Source of the DNA: Histomonas meleagridis 2922-C6/04-290x
Taxonomy: Eukaryota > Protista > Parabasalia
DNA length: 64,000 nt
Assembly (NCBI GenBank): GCA_020184695.1
Contig: JAANOX010000142.1
Span: forward strand, 372,001-436,000
Direction: 5' to 3'
Of the stretch, positions 36,823-47,487 are shown in pieces (position 1 is the first letter of the stretch; every line of letters begins with the position of its first letter). A program made the position numbers and the translations under genes. Under the pieces are notes generated by a model, which worked only from the letters and a program-made list of their open reading frames with translations, did not search any database and was not told the DNA's origin.

Positions 36823-36877
36823 TTAACAGAGAAAAAGTTGAACACAAAAAATTGAGAGAATTCCAACAGATTTAAAA

Positions 36878-39800
36878 ATGAAGCAAACCCAATTCCCCTC
36901 ACTAAATAAGCTATTAGAAACAATGGAAAAAGAAATTATGCAATCTGATCCATCCCCAGATTCATTTCCAACCTTTAATCCATTACTTTGGCTTTCATCA
37001 CCAGATCGAACATACGTGGCGGACGCAAGTGGAATTTGCCTTCAGGACACAAGTGAAGTCTTTAGGATATTTGCACATGAACTATGCGAGAAGTTAGAAG
37101 CCTTTTCAACTCTTATGACAGCACGAGAAAACCCAGCTAAGTACATTTTAGTTCTTTGTGAAATTATGAGACTTCTTCCATTAAATTATATTGCAAATAC
37201 AGGAAGTCTACAAATTCTTCACATAATTCAAGTTCGATTTAATACTTTTCCAGAAGTTTATAGTTTGAGATTTATCCCAGCAATTAAACTTTTTATTGCC
37301 AATGCCGTTGCTGTTGGTGCTAATCCACTCAAATTAGTCTATCATCAAGTTAATGGAGAATTTACACCTTGTGAAATCGTTGAACAATTATCGTATGCAA
37401 TGTTTAGCCGTGATTCATTTATAGCAGCTTTCAAAGGTATCGATAATATTATTCCAGATGTTACACCAGAAATTCGTCCCAAATTTTTAGCAGGGTTATA
37501 CAGCTTAGTATCACGATTTTTCATTGATTGTCCTACTGACCATGAAGAACTTATCAAAACCGGCTTTCCAGAACTTGAAAATCTTATTGATAAATTATGC
37601 AAAAATAAATCAAAAATTGAACCCGAGCTTATCGCAATAATCGCAGCCTTTATGCCAATGTGTCATAATGGACTTAAAGAAGCTTGTGAAAATAAGAAGT
37701 CAAATCTATTTACCACGATTGCTGGCAAATGTAAGAATTCCAAAGAAAGAGGATCACAAAAGAAGTTTTATATGACGTGTGCCATTATTGAATTGCTTGA
37801 AGCCAAAGTTATTTGTTCTAAGCTTGATGGCAATCCACCGTTTAAGGAGTTTATGGAAAAGTTCGGCGACAAAATCAAAGAACCGCCGACGACAGTGAAA
37901 TTCATTGAATCTTTTTCAAAGGAGCAGCGAATAAACGTCTTCCCACGTATCGTTTCCATATCGTTAGCCAACAATAGTGATCCTAACTTACAATCATCAA
38001 TATTATTAGACTTAGTTAAAGAAGATTCCGGATGGCCATTATTATTAGAAACACTTCAATATGTACTTAAAGGATATCCAATCTCTGGTTATCTTCCACA
38101 ATTACCATCATTAGTTTATGAGAAACTTATCTCATCATTACGAGAATATATGGAAACTATAAAGAATAAAGATGCAGATAGTATCTCAAGAACAGTCGCA
38201 TTACAAACAGCATCTAAAATCCTTGATTACTTTACAAGTGCATCACCCAAATTTACATTATATTCGATATTATCATCACAAGATGTCCAAACTACACCTG
38301 CAGAAGTACCAAACTATTTTAATCCGACAGAATTTATGAAGTTTGATCATAAAGCGTCAGATACAATTCAAGTCTTTCATCGCCAATCTGATTTAGTTAA
38401 AAACATCATCAGACTTTTAGCAGAAACAGGTGCTACAAATACACAATCATTTATATTATTCTTACAAACATTTTTCACATTTAACAAACGATTAGTTGAA
38501 GGTATTAAGAACCAAATTATATTAGAAGAAATTATTGAAATTGCACGAACATTTCAATCAGAACTTAAGATTGGAATTCGAATGAATTCACCAAACGTTG
38601 TACATTTTCCAGTTGTTTATTCATTGTTTTTACATTGGGCTTATTTAATATTAACAGTTACATTAAATAATCATAAAGGTAAACTTACAAATGATGATTC
38701 TAAGTTATTATCTATTAATATATTATTACTTAGAGCTATACATATTGGAAAGATCACTGATTTTTGTGAGAAGATATTAAGTTGGATTAACTTAATCTAT
38801 TCACATAATGATAAATATTCTAAATCTTTAGGTAATAGTAAGTCACCAAATGATAATGTGTTTACTATTGCAACACAATTTATATTTGAAACTTATATAG
38901 GTTATTTAACTAAAATATTAAAACCTCGAAAAGTTAATTTACCAAATATTGGACAACCAATGATTACTTATCATGTTACACGAGGTAGAGTTAATGCATT
39001 AACACCATATATGGTACAAAACATACATTTATTAAAGAAGAAAATGATTGAAATTCCTAATGAAAAACCAATTTCATCAGAAGATTTCTTTTTCAATTCG
39101 ATACATTCATATGCATTAGTTTCTGAGATTAATGATGAATTATTTTCTAAGTCATTTGAATATTTAAATTCTAAATCCATATTAAAGTTTATTAAAATTA
39201 CATTAAAACATATTAATAAAATTACAAGTGAATTTAAATATGATAATCCACGATATTTCTTAATCATTATTAATATTATTTCAGCTATATCTAAACAAAA
39301 ACTTACTAAAGAAGTTGTTAATTTATGTGAAGAATTAATTACAAAGTTCTTTACAATATTACAATTTGGATTATTTAAAGAAAACTTTTTAGATTTCATT
39401 AAAAGTTTATCTCGATTAGTTTCATTATTTTATTCGACACAAGATACAGTCCAATATCAAAATCAAAGATTTGCTATTATTCAAACATTATTTGAAATTG
39501 GTTTATATTATGGTGATCGAGATAAAGATAACTTTAATGAGAATATATTATTATCTATAGTTGAATCATTTCCACAATTATTTGAAAACTTTGATATGAA
39601 TGAAAATATTGTTAATAAACATTTATCAGAACAATCATCAGTTACAAAACTTATGAAAAATATTATTTTTATATTAACAACATTACAAACATTTGTAGAA
39701 AATGTACAAACAATCGAATTCATTAATAATATTCAATTAACATTAAATGCAATCTTAAAATATAATTCAGCTATAGCTTGGAAAGTTTATGTTTATATGG

Positions 39801-42800
39801 CTAAAGATTCTTCGACATTATTCCAAAGCTTATTAATTGAATCTTTAACATTATTATGTGGAATGAGTTTTTCAATCACATCGAATAATTATTCAAGAAT
39901 ATCACCAGTAACAATCCGTAAATCAATAATAAATAATAATGAATCATCACGTAGACAATCTTCAGTTAATGAATCATCACGAAGACAATCTTCAGTTTTA
40001 GCTAATAATGAATCAACACAAAAACAATCTTCAAATGAATCATCACGAAAACAATCTTCAGTTTTAGTTAATAATGAATCATCACGTAGACAATCTTCAG
40101 CTACTAATTATGAAGCGAGTCAAATATCAGCTGTATCTGAAGAAGATCCAATATTAGTAATAAATTCATTATTAGCTTCAGCTAGATCAATTCGTAAAGA
40201 ACAAAGTCCATTTGAAATACAAGAAAAAGAACAAATATTAAATATACTTACAAAGAATAAATTCGATATCTTTAAGAACCCACCAACTTTAAATCATAAG
40301 TTTATGGAAGCTTCAATATTATATTTATTTGCTTATAATAAAAACTTGGAATTATTTAAAGAAATGTCGAAACAATGTACAAAAGAAAATCTTATAGAAG
40401 AAAATCCAATTTCAATATTCTTTACTTCTTGGTTTAAGATAATGGGATCTAAAGAACAAACTAATCAAGTCATTAAATTAATTAAATCTGAAAAGAACAT
40501 TAATAAATTTACAGAAAACTTTAATCCAACATCAGAATTTACATATTATTTATCATTATTCTCTAAATTAACTTCAGCTGATTTAGCTACAACATTATTT
40601 GTTGAACGATATTTAAAGAAAGTATTTGAAAATCCAGTTTTATTTGAAGCCACTAAACGAATTAATAAGAAATTAAATGTTGAAAATTATTTTGTTAATT
40701 TATTAAAATCAGAACAATTTAAGAAATTAATGGATTTATTATTAAACATTGAAGAAATATATATAAATAAAGAATCATTTGATCCAATAAATGACTTAAA
40801 TGTAATTACAGCATTTATAGGTGAAAATAAAACACCATTTGATCGATCAGAATTTATATTTACAAATCAAGAATTAACACCAACAGATGCATTAAAGTTA
40901 TATAATTCGAATTTCATACAAGAAATAGGTACAATTGATAAATGTACTTGTTATTTCATTGATTTAATTAAGATACCAATCTTAAAACAAGGAATTATTA
41001 CTAAATATTTCTATAAATATTTCGAAAATATTCCACAAATTCAATTATATATTAATATTTCACAAATTCCTAAACATATTGTACAAGAATTCCCATTAAT
41101 TATTCAATTCTTACCAGATAACTTCTTAAAGAAATTAAAGAAAATTGTTGTATTAAATCCTTCAACAATAGTCCAAAAATTATTACAAAAAGAAATATTA
41201 CCACAAAAGTTACCAAAGATATTAAAGAAAGTTGTTGTAGTTACAGATGATTTATCAAGTATATTAAATGCTAATGATTTAATTTATTTCCCTAATTCAG
41301 CATTTGGTTCTATATCAGAATATCGATCTAAAATACCAATTAAATATAATGATCAAGAAGGATTTTTAGTTTTTGCCAATAAATCATTTGCAATAACATT
41401 TAAGAAAGAGTTTTTAGTCAAAAATGTTACACATACATTATTCATTGATATTAATTCAATTAAATCAGCTAAAGAGACTCAAACAGGTATAGAATTAGTA
41501 TTAAATGTCCAAAAATTAAATGGAACAAAACAAACTACAACAATTAGTTTTGAATCTAAACATAAATCTTTAATACGTAATGCAATAGCATTTATGTTGG
41601 GTAAAATTGGTGATTATATTAAATATAATGATATTATTTTAACAATTTCATCATCATTTAGAGTTCAAATGATATCATTTTCATTACTTTTAATAGCACA
41701 AAACTCAGCTACATTAATGAATCAAGCGTTACAATTATTTGAAGCTGCAATTCATTCAGGTAAACCAGTAATTAATTGTAATGTATATGTAGCAGATGAA
41801 TGTTCAATTAATATGACTAATTTATTTAAAGAAGTCATAGAAAAGAATTTATTATCAGAAGTAATTGAGAATTTATCATTATTATTAAAGATTAATCAAT
41901 CAGAAATAGCATTACAAAACTTATTACCATTATTTATTGAATTTATGAATTCTTCAAATAATATCTCATTAATGTATCAAGTGTTATCTAATTTATTTGA
42001 AATATCATATACTAATACAGGTTATGCAAGTATATTAACTTCATATTTCTTAAATGATTTAACGAGTGAATTAGCTATAAAAGTTACGTTTTATTTAATT
42101 ATCCAAAATAATGATGATAATGATCCACAAAAATATTCAATTGCACAACGCTCTATTCAAGCATTTATGCGTAAACATGGATCATTAATTGGTAAAATAG
42201 TAATAGAAATATTATTCGATGGAATTATATGTAAGAAATCATTTGGTACTTCAATTAATCCTACAAAGATATTTTCAATTATACCAAAACTTTCATTTAA
42301 TTGTCCAGATTATGTATTAACTAATTTATCATTTTTCTTTTATGCTACAATATTAAGTTGTACTTATACTACAATCGAATTATCATCATTAATACATAAA
42401 TGTTATGAATCAATGTTTTGTTCATTATTAAGTATCTTTCCAGAATCAGAAAACATTATTAATAAATCTCGAAATAATATATTAAAATTATTAGAATTAC
42501 CTAAAGTATTACCAGCATTAAAATTAATAGAAATCATTGATAATTTAATGTTATCATTTAATAAGAAATATCAAAAAGAATTTCGGAAATTATTCATAAA
42601 AATTAATTCTAATGATAATCCGAATAACTTTTATTTAAAGGCTTCTGCTAATATATTATTTACTGGTGGATCTAAAGAGATAATTATTGAATTAATTAAA
42701 TATTTACCAAAAATATTTAAAGAAAAATCCGAATTTTCATGTCAAAAACTTTCAATATGTTTTGATTCTATTACTAAATCAATTGATAAAATTAAAGATA

Positions 42801-43636
42801 ACCTTAACATAATTAAATATTTAATTTGGGTTACATTATTATCTTCAAATCATATTAATTCAATGTTACGAATTTCTGCAACTAATTTATTATATAAATG
42901 TGTAAAAGTTATTTTCGATTCTAAAGAAACTTTAGATTCAATTTATAAATCTTCTTTCATTAAAAATAATCAAATTAAAACAGAAATTCGGAAATTTGAA
43001 AATGAATTAAATATAAGTTTCAAACGTAATTTCCATCAATCATTTGCTATAAGTTTAATTCATACTGTTGAAGAAATTGATTCAAGACAAATTTCGTTAT
43101 CTCTTTATAACTTATGTTATAAACATTTAAAGAAAAGTCCAAAGAATTCGATACATTTCATAATCCCTATAATTACTTTTGGTAATGATGAATCTTTAAA
43201 GAACTTAAAGTTAAAAGGTTCGAAAGCTAAAAGTATTGGAGAAATTATATTTAACGCTATAAATGATTTCACTGCTCCAACGAAAGCAGTGTTAATTAAA
43301 ACAATGACAAATTATTTCGGACAAAGAACGTGTAATCAAAGTGTTGAATCACTTTCTAAAATTCTCGTTTTTGCTTCAAGGAAATACCAAATTTATTTCA
43401 CAAAGGAAATAGTCGATGACTTGTTTTCGAAATGTGAAAAAATGTTACAAACAGAAAATGATATAAAAAGAGTCGACGTAATATCCGAACTGGCAGCTGC
43501 TTTGTTGAGTATCGAACTAAAGGAAGAAAATAGATATGAAGAGCTGTATGAAAAAATTAACTTCCAGAAAGTGGAAGAAACAAAAATGAATGGAATGGTG
43601 TCCGGCGCACTAAATGTTTTGGCGAATAGCGCCTAA
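36878..43636 (+). CDS. Neurofibromin/Ira-like protein (degenerate RasGAP, Sec14/PH-like, HEAT-like C-terminus)
   Basis: GAP-like segment (ENLIEENPISIFFTSWFKIMG...FVERYLKKVFENP), Sec14-like LKKIVVLNP, and C-terminal LIWVTLL...ELNISFKRNF resembling the NF1/Ira C-terminus. Alignment done by eye. Confidence 0.6.
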   Translation: MKQTQFPSLNKLLETMEKEIMQSDPSPDSFPTFNPLLWLSSPDRTYVADASGICLQDTSEVFRIFAHELCEKLEAFSTLMTARENPAKYILVLCEIMRLLPLNYIANTGSLQILHIIQVRFNTFPEVYSLRFIPAIKLFIANAVAVGANPLKLVYHQVNGEFTPCEIVEQLSYAMFSRDSFIAAFKGIDNIIPDVTPEIRPKFLAGLYSLVSRFFIDCPTDHEELIKTGFPELENLIDKLCKNKSKIEPELIAIIAAFMPMCHNGLKEACENKKSNLFTTIAGKCKNSKERGSQKKFYMTCAIIELLEAKVICSKLDGNPPFKEFMEKFGDKIKEPPTTVKFIESFSKEQRINVFPRIVSISLANNSDPNLQSSILLDLVKEDSGWPLLLETLQYVLKGYPISGYLPQLPSLVYEKLISSLREYMETIKNKDADSISRTVALQTASKILDYFTSASPKFTLYSILSSQDVQTTPAEVPNYFNPTEFMKFDHKASDTIQVFHRQSDLVKNIIRLLAETGATNTQSFILFLQTFFTFNKRLVEGIKNQIILEEIIEIARTFQSELKIGIRMNSPNVVHFPVVYSLFLHWAYLILTVTLNNHKGKLTNDDSKLLSINILLLRAIHIGKITDFCEKILSWINLIYSHNDKYSKSLGNSKSPNDNVFTIATQFIFETYIGYLTKILKPRKVNLPNIGQPMITYHVTRGRVNALTPYMVQNIHLLKKKMIEIPNEKPISSEDFFFNSIHSYALVSEINDELFSKSFEYLNSKSILKFIKITLKHINKITSEFKYDNPRYFLIIINIISAISKQKLTKEVVNLCEELITKFFTILQFGLFKENFLDFIKSLSRLVSLFYSTQDTVQYQNQRFAIIQTLFEIGLYYGDRDKDNFNENILLSIVESFPQLFENFDMNENIVNKHLSEQSSVTKLMKNIIFILTTLQTFVENVQTIEFINNIQLTLNAILKYNSAIAWKVYVYMAKDSSTLFQSLLIESLTLLCGMSFSITSNNYSRISPVTIRKSIINNNESSRRQSSVNESSRRQSSVLANNESTQKQSSNESSRKQSSVLVNNESSRRQSSATNYEASQISAVSEEDPILVINSLLASARSIRKEQSPFEIQEKEQILNILTKNKFDIFKNPPTLNHKFMEASILYLFAYNKNLELFKEMSKQCTKENLIEENPISIFFTSWFKIMGSKEQTNQVIKLIKSEKNINKFTENFNPTSEFTYYLSLFSKLTSADLATTLFVERYLKKVFENPVLFEATKRINKKLNVENYFVNLLKSEQFKKLMDLLLNIEEIYINKESFDPINDLNVITAFIGENKTPFDRSEFIFTNQELTPTDALKLYNSNFIQEIGTIDKCTCYFIDLIKIPILKQGIITKYFYKYFENIPQIQLYINISQIPKHIVQEFPLIIQFLPDNFLKKLKKIVVLNPSTIVQKLLQKEILPQKLPKILKKVVVVTDDLSSILNANDLIYFPNSAFGSISEYRSKIPIKYNDQEGFLVFANKSFAITFKKEFLVKNVTHTLFIDINSIKSAKETQTGIELVLNVQKLNGTKQTTTISFESKHKSLIRNAIAFMLGKIGDYIKYNDIILTISSSFRVQMISFSLLLIAQNSATLMNQALQLFEAAIHSGKPVINCNVYVADECSINMTNLFKEVIEKNLLSEVIENLSLLLKINQSEIALQNLLPLFIEFMNSSNNISLMYQVLSNLFEISYTNTGYASILTSYFLNDLTSELAIKVTFYLIIQNNDDNDPQKYSIAQRSIQAFMRKHGSLIGKIVIEILFDGIICKKSFGTSINPTKIFSIIPKLSFNCPDYVLTNLSFFFYATILSCTYTTIELSSLIHKCYESMFCSLLSIFPESENIINKSRNNILKLLELPKVLPALKLIEIIDNLMLSFNKKYQKEFRKLFIKINSNDNPNNFYLKASANILFTGGSKEIIIELIKYLPKIFKEKSEFSCQKLSICFDSITKSIDKIKDNLNIIKYLIWVTLLSSNHINSMLRISATNLLYKCVKVIFDSKETLDSIYKSSFIKNNQIKTEIRKFENELNISFKRNFHQSFAISLIHTVEEIDSRQISLSLYNLCYKHLKKSPKNSIHFIIPIITFGNDESLKNLKLKGSKAKSIGEIIFNAINDFTAPTKAVLIKTMTNYFGQRTCNQSVESLSKILVFASRKYQIYFTKEIVDDLFSKCEKMLQTENDIKRVDVISELAAALLSIELKEENRYEELYEKINFQKVEETKMNGMVSGALNVLANSA
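39938..40099 (+). repeat. Five intragenic copies of NESS(R/T)(R/Q/K)QSS
   Basis: Visible in both DNA (aatgaatcatcacgtagacaatcttca) and protein. Confidence 0.9.
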
Positions 43637-44217
43637 GTGATGGAGGAAATAATAAAAAGGGAAAAAAAATTTTTTTTGTCAATGTGACTTTGAAATATTA
43701 AAATGCATTTTGTTTTTGAAGCATTAAAATGGATTCACAATAGCAATTCGAGAATGATTTCAAAAATAAATAATTCAAATTATAATATATAATTTTTTTA
43801 TTGTTTCTGTTTTTCCTCTTTAGATGTTTTTCGATATTTATCCAAATATATAATTATTTTCATTATTTGTTAACATTTTTCGCACTATTGTTTTCAGTTA
43901 AAAGACATTTTTACCTATTTCTTTAAATATAGAATATCTAAATAAACTTTTTTAGCATTGATATCATTTCTTTTTTATTTATGTATAAACTATTTCTTTT
44001 ATAAATAGAATAAGTTTTCATCACTAGGAAAAAAAGTATGATATTTAAATGTAATCCAACTTCACGCAATATTTGAATAATAAGAAATAAAGAAACATTA
44101 AACTTATAGAACAAATGCCTTTAATTTCTTCAATAAGCTGATTCACTTTTTGATGGGATATTTGGCTTGATCATGAATTGGCACTTTTACACGACCTTGA
44201 ACCTGAAAATTTAGGAA

Positions 44218-44589
44218 ATGACTGAAGAAGTTGTGTTTCCACAAACATTGGCTATGTTCGACTGCGGTGAATCAAGAGGTGAAATACATTTTGCTGTTAA
44301 TAAGGATGCAAATGGGAATTTACTTGCAGATGGAGAGGATGATCTCTACCAATATCTAGCATTACCATCAGATGTTGTTTGTAGCGGGACAATATTTGTT
44401 AGAAATAATAAAACAGGCGCAATTAAAGCAATTCCTGTAGACAAATTTATTCAAATCTCTCGACAATGCAAGATTCAAAATTATAGGAAAATCGAAACAG
44501 CTGACACCGCTGATCTTGTTAACAGATTCGGTACGAGACAAGCTAAGAGAATTTATAATATGCGTCTTGGTCCAGTAAGTTCTAAATAA
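44218..44589 (+). CDS. Small protein resembling the RNA Pol I RPA49 N-terminal domain
   Basis: FVRNNKTGAIKAIP...DLVNRFGTRQAKR resembles RPA49 (NKKTG...L.E.FGTKKAK). Identity tentative. Confidence 0.5.
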   Translation: MTEEVVFPQTLAMFDCGESRGEIHFAVNKDANGNLLADGEDDLYQYLALPSDVVCSGTIFVRNNKTGAIKAIPVDKFIQISRQCKIQNYRKIETADTADLVNRFGTRQAKRIYNMRLGPVSSK

Positions 44590-44875
44590 ATTTATAAATA
44601 ATTCATTAATTAATTCTTATAATTAAAACTACAAGTACTACATCAAATAATACACCAATTTTTTATGATGTATAATATTTTAACAAAATGAATTAAATTT
44701 CAATTTCTTGAGCCTTATTCAAATTTTTCTTCTTTACTCATCACATGATGTTCTTTATATACATTTTCAATTTTGTAATGGAAATAGCAAATGTATTAAA
44801 AATTCAATTAATTTCATTTTACAAAAACAATTGTGAAATTTCACACATTTGTCTGCAGACATTTGTTTTATTAAT

Positions 44876-46555
44876 TTAGTTCATTCCCATCATTGCTGCC
44901 TGCTGCGCCTGAGCCATTGCAGTATTTTCCTCTAATTTCTGTGTGACCGATTTCTTATTTACTGGGTTACCGTTTTCATCTCTTTTTATCAAACCAGAGA
45001 CAATATCATCGACTCTTAGTAATGATATTGCGCATTCAAAAGCGGTTTTGTAAACCTGTGATTTCACCGCTAACGTATCCCATACGTTAATTTTCCTCAT
45101 GTCCTCAATTTCGCCGGTTAAACCGTTTATGCCCATATAATATTTGTTAGGGTCTTCTGAATGTATTGACCTCAATTTTGTGAGCACTTTCATCGGTGAA
45201 GCGCCACAATTTTGTATTAATGTTCGTGGAATAACTTCAAACGCTACAGCTGCGGCTATGTATGCCATTTGTTCGACTGAGTCCAATTGTCCGCACTTCT
45301 TTCTTAATGCTGCAGACACAGATACTTCAGTCGCACCGCCGCCAGGTAATAGCGATGGCTCCTTAAGCAAATTCTTGGCAACTTTTAACGCGTCGTCCAT
45401 AATACGGAACATTTCCAAGAGTACATCTTTCGTTGGACCGCGTAATAACATTGTGCATGCTTTAGGATTCTCGCATTGATCAAAGACTGACCACCATTCG
45501 TCGCCGAACTTACGGCATTCGTATAATCCGCATTTTGTACCTAAATCAGATTCAACTGCTTCATGTGGATCTGAGACAATTGTCGCCCCACAACATAACG
45601 CGATTCGGTCCAAATGTACTTTTTGGAATCTTCTTAATGCTGTGATTCCGGCCTCGCTTAAGTAATGTAATGCCAAATCGCTGACGCCTTTTTCAGCTAA
45701 TACTAAGTCACAACCTGTTGCAATGACTGCGTCACAAAGGTCTTTGACTTGTGCTTCTTCTTCTGCTAATACATTTGCGTAATCATTTTCGCCACTGATT
45801 TCTATGTTTGTAATGCTTTCGCCTTTACGATATTCTAATCCACAGTCGAGAATTAAAATTTTTGGATGTTCAATACGACGACGCATGTTCGAATGTAAGA
45901 CATCTTTGTTAATCATTGTGCCTTTCATAACATATGAATCTTCGATTTCTCCGCCCGGAATACGTTCAATTCGAAGGTTACGTTTAAGGTCAACAGTTCC
46001 GTCGTCGGTTCTGATCGTTCTGACAGCATCGAGCGCTAATTTGGCAATTAAGTCGGACCATCTTGATAAGAACTTGGTGCCAATTGCGGATTTGATGATG
46101 CCAAGCATTTCGGCATCACTTGTGTTGTCGATTGGTTTTTTGATTGTCTTAAGATGTTCAAGTGCATCATCAAGTGCTTTACGAAGACCTGAAATAAGAA
46201 TATGTGGATGAATACCGTCTTTTACATGTTTTTCAAGAACAGAAAGAAGTTCTCCTGCAAGAACAACAACAGATGTGGTACCATCTCCAACTTCTTCATC
46301 TTGACCACGTGCAAGTTCAATAATGGATTTTGCAGCTGGATGGCCAACATCAATTTCACGAAGGATAGAATTTCCATCATTTGTAATAACAAGTGTACCC
46401 ATTGAATCGAGGATCATTTTAAGCATTGCTTGTGGACCAAGGCATGTACGAATAACATCAGCAGTGTTCTTAGCTGCTGCAATACAAGATAACTGTGCTT
46501 TGCGACCAGTGTCTCTTTTTGTTGTTTGATTAAGTACAATGATGGGTGATTGCAT
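44876..46555 (-). CDS. CCT3: T-complex protein 1 subunit gamma
   Basis: GRKAQLSCI...DVIRTCLGPQAMLKM, ITNDGN, EEVGDGTTSV, ERIPGGEIEDS, PGGGATE. ATG at 46555. Confidence 0.95.
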   Translation of the reverse strand: MQSPIIVLNQTTKRDTGRKAQLSCIAAAKNTADVIRTCLGPQAMLKMILDSMGTLVITNDGNSILREIDVGHPAAKSIIELARGQDEEVGDGTTSVVVLAGELLSVLEKHVKDGIHPHILISGLRKALDDALEHLKTIKKPIDNTSDAEMLGIIKSAIGTKFLSRWSDLIAKLALDAVRTIRTDDGTVDLKRNLRIERIPGGEIEDSYVMKGTMINKDVLHSNMRRRIEHPKILILDCGLEYRKGESITNIEISGENDYANVLAEEEAQVKDLCDAVIATGCDLVLAEKGVSDLALHYLSEAGITALRRFQKVHLDRIALCCGATIVSDPHEAVESDLGTKCGLYECRKFGDEWWSVFDQCENPKACTMLLRGPTKDVLLEMFRIMDDALKVAKNLLKEPSLLPGGGATEVSVSAALRKKCGQLDSVEQMAYIAAAVAFEVIPRTLIQNCGASPMKVLTKLRSIHSEDPNKYYMGINGLTGEIEDMRKINVWDTLAVKSQVYKTAFECAISLLRVDDIVSGLIKRDENGNPVNKKSVTQKLEENTAMAQAQQAAMMGMN

Positions 46556-47487
46556 AGTGGCCAGACAAATCACCCCCAAAATAAACGTTCTCTGACGAAA
46601 GTTTTTTTCTACAAAAAGTGACGTCGGTGGTTTATATCACTTTTTGAATAAATTTCTTTGTGCAAAAAGTTTGAAGCCTTGTGTGGTCAGCACCAGAAAT
46701 CAGCCACATGCATGAAAAAGAAAAGCAAATGAAATAAAACAGAAAAGTAACGAAGGAAATAATAATGAGATATATATGTAGAAAATAATATTAAAGAATT
46801 CAATTTGTGTTCAAAGAAATTAATGAAAAGCAAAAGAAAAATAATTTTTCTCTGTGCCTTGGCTTTGGGTATTATTTGAATATCGAAAAATTTGAGTAAT
46901 TTGTTTAAAATCGATCATCAAAGTAACGCAAAAAAATCACCTCACCTTTACCAAAATCACCTCATCTTTACGATGATGTTCACAATTTTCTGTGAACATA
47001 ACTTTACGATGTACTAAATTTTGAAAAAATTCAATTTTCAATTCACCAATTGTCCTCGGCGATGATCATCACTAAAATTTCTTGCATGTAAAAATTCTTT
47101 GTATGTATTCCAAAATTCTGTATGACTTATAATTATTTGACCACCATTAAAATTTGAGGACAAACCTGATTGGCATTTTAATATATTCAGTATAAAAATA
47201 AAATAATATAACATCTAAGGTTAAATTCCCATTAACTATGCTGTAGACTGATTAGTTATACATTATACGAAATAAATAGGATTTTTTCGTAAAAAGATCA
47301 GCGTTATTTTTTGTTTGAGAATTACGCACAAATTCCTTTGCAATCTGAACCGATTTTAACCGCAATCACAGAATTTAGAGATGTTTCGACTTAAAATAGA
47401 CGGTTATTCTCAAAAAAAATCTGAAAGGTTTTTTATTGTTGCTTTTTCAATAAAATAAACGTGTTTTACATCCATGAAAAAATTGTG

